A stretch of 55,451 nt of DNA, taken from positions 1 through 55,451 of IMG/VR virus record IMGVR_UViG_3300030090_003512; one strand, 5' to 3'. The translations under genes and the position numbers were made by a program. Shown here in pieces: positions 49,001 through 55,451 of this stretch. Below the pieces are notes generated by a model that had not been told where the DNA came from, made no database searches, and saw only the letters and a list, made by a program, of their open reading frames with translations. The DNA is from a virus (lineage: Duplodnaviria > Caudoviricetes). Position 1 is the stretch's first letter, and each line of letters begins with the position of its first letter.

Positions 49001-49348
49001 ATGAAGAATTTATTTTTAACACTCGCCCTAGTATTTAGCGGCACACTTTTCTGTCAAGAAACAAATGTTAGCGTCACTCTAAAAGGAGTAGAAGACTCTA
49101 TGTGGATGTTTGGACTCTTAACCGACAACTACTACAAAGGATATAACTACCAAGCAGCAGACTTTACTGGTGAAGGATTAATAAGAGAAGGAAAAACAAT
49201 AGACTTTAATATCACAAAGCCAGGTGCTTACTGTGTAACAATGAAGACTTCAAAGTTTCAAAAAGTAACTTTAGTACACATCATTGTTGAAGAAGGCGAA
49301 GACTACAAAATTGTACAAAGAGTACGCAATAAGCAGTTGTACTTATGA
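49001..49348 (+). CDS. Small exported protein (moron-like)
   Basis: Signal peptide MKNLFLTLALVFSGTLFC/Q; beta-rich. Confidence 0.75.
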   Translation: MKNLFLTLALVFSGTLFCQETNVSVTLKGVEDSMWMFGLLTDNYYKGYNYQAADFTGEGLIREGKTIDFNITKPGAYCVTMKTSKFQKVTLVHIIVEEGEDYKIVQRVRNKQLYL

Positions 49349-50512
49349 TCTAGGGAACCTAAAGACAGTACGTCTAGCCATCTTTGCCCCTTGATTAGCC
49401 ATACGAAGCCTACCCCCAAAATTCATTTTCCCCTGATAAGGAACAGCGCCTTCTCTTATGACATCAGGGTTTGTTGAAGGAACACCCTCACCGAACCCTG
49501 GTGTTTGTACAGCGTCTGGGTTTACCTGAATAGTTTCTCCTTCAGGAGTAATTATAGTTTCTCCAGGCTTATTAGGATCTTCAGCAAATGCTTGTGTACG
49601 AATTATATTAGATGGCCCATACATTTTACTCCCCCCCTTTTCGTATTTTCCTGTTTCTTCATTAGTGGAACCATCTTGAAATACTTGAGAACGGAAAGTA
49701 ATACCTGCCTGTTTTACTTCTCCTGTTTCTGGATCTTTAGTAGTTTGTGTATTTTCAACTCTGTCGATACCATAAGGTGTAACACCTGATATTACATTTT
49801 TTGTTTTATCCTCATAAGGATTTAAAACAAGCCCCATAAGCTTTGGATCCCCAGTATTCAAAGCTGTTTCTATAATATCTAAAACTTCATATTTTTGACC
49901 AGTGAATGTAGTACCCTTCTTAAAAACTCCCTTTTCTGCTAGCTCGTCTTCACTTATCACTTTACCCTGACCATCAGTAGGTTGACCTTGAAAATTAGTT
50001 TTGTATCCTCGTAGCCCAACATATTTCATCAATGTCTCTTCGTCAATACCCTGTTGAGCTAAACCTACACCTTCCTTACCTGCATTTTCTACAAGGTAAT
50101 TATATACAATACCTGGGTTTGTAATTTTTTTTGAGAACGTTCCTTCCCGACCTTCTTGTACTTGGAAAAAACCAGCAGCGTCTGCGTCAAAATATATCTC
50201 ACCTTCTGGTCTATCTCCAGGATCACTACCCTCTTGCTTTTCTACTTTCCTTCCTTTTTCACCATACTTCATCCCCTCTTCGCCTAGTTTGATAACAAGC
50301 ATAGGCTCTCCATTATTCATGCCTCCGTGCCCCATAGTCTTACCTCCGTACTCCATCTTTCCAATACCGTCGTCAGCATAAAAGGGAACCAAGTCACCCT
50401 CATCATTTCTTACCATTTTTAGCTTACCGCCCTGTTTCATGTAATCGTAAAGGCGTCCTCCACCTGGCATTTTTAGGTGTCCTCCACCTGGCATTAATTT
50501 TCCGTGTTTCAT
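49343..50512 (-). CDS. Putative virion protein with many xxGG[KR] motifs
   Basis: MPGGG x2, MKQGGKL, MEYGGK, YEKGGS, MNFGGRL, ANQGAK. Confidence 0.75.
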   Translation of the reverse strand: MKHGKLMPGGGHLKMPGGGRLYDYMKQGGKLKMVRNDEGDLVPFYADDGIGKMEYGGKTMGHGGMNNGEPMLVIKLGEEGMKYGEKGRKVEKQEGSDPGDRPEGEIYFDADAAGFFQVQEGREGTFSKKITNPGIVYNYLVENAGKEGVGLAQQGIDEETLMKYVGLRGYKTNFQGQPTDGQGKVISEDELAEKGVFKKGTTFTGQKYEVLDIIETALNTGDPKLMGLVLNPYEDKTKNVISGVTPYGIDRVENTQTTKDPETGEVKQAGITFRSQVFQDGSTNEETGKYEKGGSKMYGPSNIIRTQAFAEDPNKPGETIITPEGETIQVNPDAVQTPGFGEGVPSTNPDVIREGAVPYQGKMNFGGRLRMANQGAKMARRTVFRFPRS

Positions 50513-50513
50513 A

Positions 50514-50936
50514 TTATAAGTCTGTATCGTGTTTTTTAGATCCTCGAATAAAGCTATTTACTCTGCCCATAGCCCAAGCAGCCATCGGTATACCTTTTCT
50601 ACTACCGCCAGACATCCAAGCTCCTTGGCCCCTGCGGTACACCTTTACTAAGGTGCTATATGATTTACCTGACTTCTTAGCTTTAGCTCTTAATGTTTTC
50701 TTTACTGCAGCACTCAAAGCTTTACGTGCAACCTTACCACCCTTCTTCATCTCCCCAGTCACTACCTTCATACCTAGATTGGCTACTTTTTTTAGGTCGA
50801 TCATCTCACCTTTTTCGTATGCTTCTTTTCGTTTATTCATTTTTGCTGCATGTGTTGCATCAGAAACAGAATCATCGCCCTGTGTAAAATATCTTTCAGG
50901 GAAACCTAGTCGATATGGCTGTGTTCTTTTGCCCAC
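50514..50936 (-). CDS. Basic protein (DUF5824-like)
   Basis: VYRRGQGAW..GGSR...WAMGRVNSF...HDTDL. Confidence 0.65.
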   Translation of the reverse strand: MGKRTQPYRLGFPERYFTQGDDSVSDATHAAKMNKRKEAYEKGEMIDLKKVANLGMKVVTGEMKKGGKVARKALSAAVKKTLRAKAKKSGKSYSTLVKVYRRGQGAWMSGGSRKGIPMAAWAMGRVNSFIRGSKKHDTDL

Positions 50937-50940
50937 ATCG

Positions 50941-50948
50941 CAAATATA
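50941..50948 (-). promoter_or_regulatory. Promoter -7 element TATATTTG, 4 nt upstream of the GTG start
   Basis: Exact octamer. Confidence 0.65.
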
Positions 50949-50959
50949 ATGATATAATA

Positions 50960-51280
50960 TTAATGCGGAGAGTAGATATGACCAGACACGTAATCGCCTT
51001 GAATAGTAAAATATCTATTTACATTATAGACTTCGTTTTTTGTAAACAGGTACATAAACTTATCGAGTAAAGAGATCTGTCTCCATAACGAGTTAGCGTT
51101 AGTTTCTACAAACGTATCCATAAGCTCCCTCCTCCTATTTTGCACTAGAGACTTAAGAAGCTTTCTTTCCGTGTCACTCATATTTAAGTATGTCGTTTGA
51201 AGATCTTTATGTCGCACCTTTTTACCGTTGCGCAAAGCATAAAGAGTTTCTTTAATACTTTTTGCTTTTAGCTCAGCCAT
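50960..51280 (-). CDS. Hypothetical protein
   Basis: ORF track. Confidence 0.65.
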   Translation of the reverse strand: MAELKAKSIKETLYALRNGKKVRHKDLQTTYLNMSDTERKLLKSLVQNRRRELMDTFVETNANSLWRQISLLDKFMYLFTKNEVYNVNRYFTIQGDYVSGHIYSPH

Positions 51281-51483
51281 CAGTTCGCATCTTTAATACG
51301 TGAGTAAAATTCTTCGTCGATATCTTTTATAGGGTTGATAAAGTTTACCCTACAGTATCTATTGATCTCTTTTCTTTTGGTCTTAGAGTTCGTCATACAA
51401 ACATTAGCTGCCTGATATGACGCATTCTTAGAAAGCAAAGCATCAATCTTTTTCTTGGTTGTCTTGTTCGTTTTGTAACTCAT
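51280..51483 (-). CDS. Hypothetical protein
   Basis: ORF track; coupled. Confidence 0.65.
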   Translation of the reverse strand: MSYKTNKTTKKKIDALLSKNASYQAANVCMTNSKTKRKEINRYCRVNFINPIKDIDEEFYSRIKDAN

Positions 51484-51694
51484 CTTTATTTATTTTAAAA
51501 AATTCTTCAACACGCTCTTTATCTATAGACTCTTGATCCTTTTGAAGATCGTCTAATTGTTTTTTGTATTGTCCAGCCATGATCTCCCAAGCGATAGCTT
51601 TTTCTAAGAGCTGGCTTTTTGTATGTGCCTTCAGTAACGCTTTGACCTGATCTTTCTCTAAAACGTTTTTAAGCTTAAACTCTTGATCACTCAT
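51443..51694 (-). CDS. Hypothetical coiled-coil protein
   Basis: ORF track. Confidence 0.65.
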   Translation of the reverse strand: MSDQEFKLKNVLEKDQVKALLKAHTKSQLLEKAIAWEIMAGQYKKQLDDLQKDQESIDKERVEEFFKINKDELQNEQDNQEKD

Positions 51695-51965
51695 CGCTAC
51701 CTTCTATTGTAAATGCTGGATCAGTGCAGTAAACAAAGATCGGTGTCTTTGGTCCTACATAACTACCAGCAATGTTGTAATCAAAATGCTCCATGGCATC
51801 TTCACGAGTCATACCATCTTCTCTTTGAAGGATATCTAAAACCTGATCTATATCATAGACAGCTCTAGTCTCTAACCCATAAGTGAAACCTATAATAGCT
51901 TCATCAAACCCAGTGGCGACAAGGGATTCATTGTCTTCTAGGATCTCTAGTAAGTATTTATTCAT
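51687..51965 (-). CDS. Conserved phage hypothetical protein
   Basis: GFDEAIIG...AVYD...EDAMEHFDYNIAGSYVGPKTPIF. Confidence 0.75.
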   Translation of the reverse strand: MNKYLLEILEDNESLVATGFDEAIIGFTYGLETRAVYDIDQVLDILQREDGMTREDAMEHFDYNIAGSYVGPKTPIFVYCTDPAFTIEGSDE

Positions 51966-52144
51966 ATGTATTTAATTAAAGTATATAGCTAGCCCTAGTC
52001 ACTACTTATCATATACTAGACAAGTAATATAAGACTCTAATCGGTAGTAGGAGGACCTGTAAGTTACTTACGTAATCTCCCTCTGAACAACCAAGGTCAA
52101 AGTCCTCAAGACCTTTGGCCATAAGGTTGTGACTAAAGTCGTAG

Positions 52145-52176
52145 CAAAGTTACTACAAAAAATTTAAAAAGTCAAG
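52145..52176 (-). promoter_or_regulatory. Host-type promoter (CTTG, 20-nt spacer, TAACTTTG) for the leftward arm
   Basis: Consensus -7 element plus near-consensus -33. Confidence 0.65.
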
Positions 52177-52770
52177 CCCTAAGAAAAGAATCTGCGTGGT
52201 CGGCACGTTTTAGGTGCCTCCACTACGATTCTTCTCTGCACCATAACGTCATTCCTACACCAAGTATTGCATAAATAGAAAATACAATTAAAGCTGTCAT
52301 ATCTATTGAATTAGTATATGCAAATTTAGTGAAAACACCGCTTCCTAAGTGTTAAAAAAAATCTGAGCTATACAGATCCTGGGGATTATACATACATGCA
52401 GCCGTTGGCGCACGCAAACCGAAACGCATCTGCAACCCTACCACCCTCTGCAATACTGGTAACTTGTCAAAACTTTCAGCTTTTTGCCTATACGATTTTA
52501 CAGCGACTTATACAAGTTTATTATGTTAACAAACGCAAAGACAAAAAAGTCTGTGACAATCCCCACCCCGAACACGGGCAACGCACCAAGCCACCCCCGA
52601 CGGGGTACGCTATACAAAACATTTACGACTTCTGCAACTATTTAACAACTCTTTGCATTTGCCACCTTATACAATTTTTTTTTGACATATGCAAGGCCGT
52701 TAACATCTATTAACGTGATATCGCTATATATCCCTTCAAATGTTAAAATACTGTTAAAGTGTCGATAATA

Positions 52771-52803
52771 TTTGCTTTTATCGAAGTGACTAACGTATAT
52801 TAG
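52771..52803 (+). promoter_or_regulatory. Early promoter (TTTG, 21-nt spacer, TATATTAG)
   Basis: Near-consensus; 21 nt upstream of the first early gene. Confidence 0.65.
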
Positions 52804-52824
52804 TACCAAGAAACAAACAAAGAA

Positions 52825-53022
52825 ATGAAAGTTTTAAATACCATACTATACGACAAGCGCTACCGCCGTGAGTACTCAAATAAGACTTACAGTAGTAGCA
52901 AAGGTCAGAAGACTAGCCGAGCGATGGCATCGACTGACCGCAAAGTTGTAGCGATATCTGACCGCATCGAGCGGAAAGACGCCCGCAAAGCATTTAACGA
53001 GATGAGACGCAAAAGAGCGTAA
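52825..53022 (+). CDS. Basic early protein
   Basis: A-rich leader; first gene after the early promoter. Confidence 0.6.
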   Translation: MKVLNTILYDKRYRREYSNKTYSSSKGQKTSRAMASTDRKVVAISDRIERKDARKAFNEMRRKRA

Positions 53023-53142
53023 CGCCTCACAACGTACGAGCCCATTGAAATACGTGGGATAAGTGGCAGAGAACACACTGAATTACAACGGCGCACGGGT
53101 AAAGCCGTGCCCTAAATTTTAATAAATAAAACCTTTTCAATA

Positions 53143-53247
53143 ATGAACGAAAACCAATTACCAAACGTGCAAGATTTAGCACTACAACAGGCTCTCCTAG
53201 ATATGGGAGCGGAGTTCGACCTAATTAATTTCGATAATGTACAATAA
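53143..53247 (+). CDS. Small early peptide (34 aa)
   Basis: Read manually: MNENQLPNVQDLALQQALLDMGAEFDLINFDNVQ. Confidence 0.5.
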   Translation: MNENQLPNVQDLALQQALLDMGAEFDLINFDNVQ

Positions 53248-53321
53248 TGCCGACAACCCAAGCGTTCTAGAAATGACGCTACTATTTATAATCATGTTAC
53301 TATGCTGTTGTGTATGGTAAC

Positions 53322-53336
53322 GAAAACCAATAAGAG
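53322..53336 (+). promoter_or_regulatory. Repeated early leader motif (G)AAAACCAATAAGAG-ATG; variants at 53547, 53713, 54388, 55283
   Basis: Direct inspection; immediately 5' of start codons. Confidence 0.85.
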
Positions 53337-53555
53337 ATGAAAGTAATAAATAACAACCTAAGCTTAAGAAACTTTGACGCTTGGTCAGGGGCAAAGGACA
53401 CCAAGCAGTTAATTATTGAGAACGACAAAGAATCAGACTTCGAGTTTTTGATGGAAGATCTATACCCTGACGGCATGACAGAAACTCAGCTAAACGATAT
53501 CCTATGGTTTGAAACCGATTGGATATGTGAAACACTTGGAATTGATAACCAATAA
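53337..53555 (+). CDS. Acidic early protein
   Basis: ORF track; motif leader. Confidence 0.75.
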   Translation: MKVINNNLSLRNFDAWSGAKDTKQLIIENDKESDFEFLMEDLYPDGMTETQLNDILWFETDWICETLGIDNQ

Positions 53556-53567
53556 AATTAATAAGAG

Positions 53568-53714
53568 ATGAAAGACGTAAGCAAAAAAGACGTATTACTA
53601 ATTATCAATACATACCAAAACCATATCAATGATTTTGTAAACGTATCAGATAAAGATTTAGATGCTATCTACTTAGAGGTAGCAAAGAAGGACTTTGAAA
53701 ACCTATTTTTCTAA
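53568..53714 (+). CDS. Small early protein (48 aa)
   Basis: Read manually; AATAAGAG-ATG leader. Confidence 0.6.
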   Translation: MKDVSKKDVLLIINTYQNHINDFVNVSDKDLDAIYLEVAKKDFENLFF

Positions 53715-53726
53715 AACCAATAAGAG

Positions 53727-53858
53727 ATGAAATATTTAGTATGGGTGGGCGGAACGCCTAACGAATTTGATAACATTCTAGACGCTATGATAGAGCAGAT
53801 AGAATGGGAAAGTAAAGGGTACGATAATGTAATAATTGAAACAGAACGTAAAATATAA
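53727..53858 (+). CDS. Small early protein (43 aa)
   Basis: Read manually: MKYLVWVGG...WESKGYDNVIIE; motif leader. Confidence 0.65.
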   Translation: MKYLVWVGGTPNEFDNILDAMIEQIEWESKGYDNVIIETERKI

Positions 53859-53862
53859 TATT

Positions 53863-54012
53863 ATGAAGAAATTTATTATCATCAGAATCGCTAGACTTAT
53901 TAGAAGAAAGGTGCACGTTGCAAAGAATATGCAACTAAAACACATAAACTATATGTATGACTACAACTATTTTAAGCTACTTAAATCTTACTATAAAGCA
54001 TTAATGTTATGA
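53863..54012 (+). CDS. Small basic early protein (49 aa)
   Basis: Read manually; ATGA overlap with the next gene. Confidence 0.5.
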   Translation: MKKFIIIRIARLIRRKVHVAKNMQLKHINYMYDYNYFKLLKSYYKALML

Positions 54013-54308
54013 GCAAGGAATTATTCAAAACAATTGAAGCACAAGGTCGTTTAATTACTGAACTGCGTGGCGAATTAGAGAATAGGAAAGTGTATGCTGT
54101 CCACGTAATGGACTCACTATTGGACTACTCAGAACAAAAACTATTTACAAACTATTCAGATGCTTTACATGAGTTTCAATGTGCTGTTAATGAAGCAAAA
54201 AGCGACGATAGGATAAAAGAAATCTATACATATGAGGAAGGTGCGCTATACTATCAAGGCGATGAAAGTTCTGTAAAGATATTTATAGAAGAACTTATAA
54301 TAAACTAA
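54009..54308 (+). CDS. Early protein with an N-terminal coiled coil
   Basis: ORF track. Confidence 0.7.
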   Translation: MSKELFKTIEAQGRLITELRGELENRKVYAVHVMDSLLDYSEQKLFTNYSDALHEFQCAVNEAKSDDRIKEIYTYEEGALYYQGDESSVKIFIEELIIN

Positions 54309-54310
54309 AT

Positions 54311-54377
54311 AACAAGGCGAGCACACTGCCTAGACGTAGGAGGAAGGAGAGTGTTAGGGTTTGGAGCCAGCCTTGTT
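54311..54377 (+). ncRNA. Candidate structured RNA (multi-stem junction)
   Basis: AACAAGGC/GCCTTGTT outer stem; ACACT/AGTGT; CCTA-GACG-TAGG; GGTT-TGG-AGCC. Confidence 0.55.
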
Positions 54378-54401
54378 GTTTTTAATTAAAACCAATAAAA
54401 C

Positions 54402-54674
54402 ATGGATATTAAGAAAGAACTTATTGAGAATCTTGCTCAATGTATGACAAAAAATCCAAGCGTATATGCGCATCAATTACTTACTCTGCGCTATCAATTA
54501 AATGACTTGCAGTCGAACTACGATTGGCTAGAGGCTGAGATGGAAATGCATCGTGATAGCTATGAAGGTATGGACGCAAGCCATAGAGCCGAATTGAGAG
54601 ACAAACATCACACAGCAAGGCGTGACTATTACGAGAATTTAAGGCAGTTAAAAGCACAATACTTAGAATCATGA
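54402..54674 (+). CDS. Early helical protein
   Basis: ORF track; motif leader. Confidence 0.7.
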   Translation: MDIKKELIENLAQCMTKNPSVYAHQLLTLRYQLNDLQSNYDWLEAEMEMHRDSYEGMDASHRAELRDKHHTARRDYYENLRQLKAQYLES

Positions 54675-55306
54675 AACAATTTACAAAAACACAAAAGCTA
54701 GTGTATGCTATGCTTACAGAAAGCACAGGTATTCACTTCTTAGATAGTGGAGGTACAAAAAATAGAATGTGGCAACGTAATAAACTCAAGACTATCGAGG
54801 ACTTTGATAATGAACAAGAGCAAACTATTGAGAAGTCTGAATGGACTGACAAAGACGGAAAGGTACACACCGAGTACGAGCGCACCGTTTCAGTATTCCA
54901 TTACCTGAGCGAATTAGAATTGGATCACGTGTGTGATAAGTTCAACGAACTCAACACGGACTGCCTAGAATGGGGTGGGGATATATCGTGGGGAGTATGT
55001 CAAGCAGGTGCTGACTTCTTAGAACTAATCAATATGGAAAGCAAACATCAATTCAATACATACAATGGAGATAGCGACCTATCCCAAGTGTTACAGGGTT
55101 CGTGGCTAGAGATGGACGGAGAGCCGTACCTACTCTTACAAATACATGGAGGTGCTGATGTCAGGGGCGGTTATACAGATGCTAAACTATTCAAACCAAG
55201 TGATGATTGGATAATACACCCATACTTACAAGAGTACATAGATAGCAATGAAATTGAGGAAGAATACGAATTATACCATGAAGAAAACCAAACCAAAACA
55301 AAATGA
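54671..55306 (+). CDS. Acidic early protein
   Basis: ORF track; HFLDSGG, QIHGGADVRGGYTD. Confidence 0.8.
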   Translation: MKQFTKTQKLVYAMLTESTGIHFLDSGGTKNRMWQRNKLKTIEDFDNEQEQTIEKSEWTDKDGKVHTEYERTVSVFHYLSELELDHVCDKFNELNTDCLEWGGDISWGVCQAGADFLELINMESKHQFNTYNGDSDLSQVLQGSWLEMDGEPYLLLQIHGGADVRGGYTDAKLFKPSDDWIIHPYLQEYIDSNEIEEEYELYHEENQTKTK

Positions 55307-55451
55307 CAAAGCAAGAACGAATAGAACACATAAGCAACGCACTAAATGAATCTGGTGCATACAAGAAACTTGAATACTTCCTCGTGTATGAAGATGAAAC
55401 TAATGACTTCTTACTTACAGACATGGAGAACTTTGCATACGATCTCGAAGA
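55303..55451 (+). CDS. Early protein running off the window end
   Basis: ATG 55303, open to the end; in frame with 5..367 if circular. Confidence 0.65.
   Translation, partial: MTKQERIEHISNALNESGAYKKLEYFLVYEDETNDFLLTDMENFAYDLE

Larger units (their letters stand above)
1..55451. mobile_element. Tailed dsDNA phage genome (podovirus-like, Bacteroidota host), probably complete and circularly permuted
   Basis: Terminase, portal, capsid, scaffold, nozzle/ring, ejection and lysis genes; two divergent arms; no host housekeeping genes; early gene cluster continues across the window ends. Confidence 0.95.

Noticed and set aside
52396-52713. 105-aa ORF in the divergent region
   Set aside because: Atypical composition, overlaps hairpins and lies upstream of the early promoter
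1-55451. Stop-codon reassignment
   Set aside because: Long genes are intact and densely packed under the standard code

Overview
The window looks like an essentially complete, circularly permuted ~55 kb lytic podovirus genome infecting a Bacteroidota (probably Flavobacteriia) host. Evidence for the host: TAnnTTTG promoters, AT-rich leaders without Shine-Dalgarno, signal peptides followed by Gln, and a T9SS sorting domain. The + strand arm (52825..55451 continuing into 1..7390) carries small early genes and a replication/recombination block: SSB, ERF annealase, PD-(D/E)xK exonuclease, Nmad1, DnaA-C-like protein, primase-helicase and endonuclease I-like resolvase. I found no DNA polymerase, RNA polymerase or integrase. 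The - strand arm (7466..51965) carries lysis genes, large ejection proteins, nozzle and ring proteins, capsid, scaffold, tail fibre, portal, terminase and a GroES-like chaperone. The two most striking observations are: (1) a tRNA-shaped RNA (2454..2528) whose anticodon loop is replaced by a 16-nt loop complementary to a motif (G)AAAACCAA(T) repeated at the start codons of early genes, suggesting a tRNA-scaffolded antisense regulator; (2) an envelope operon encoding a T9SS cargo protein, a predicted outer-membrane beta-barrel, a membrane coiled-coil protein and an exported thioredoxin-like protein lacking CxxC. All family calls come from motif recognition by eye; no searches were run.
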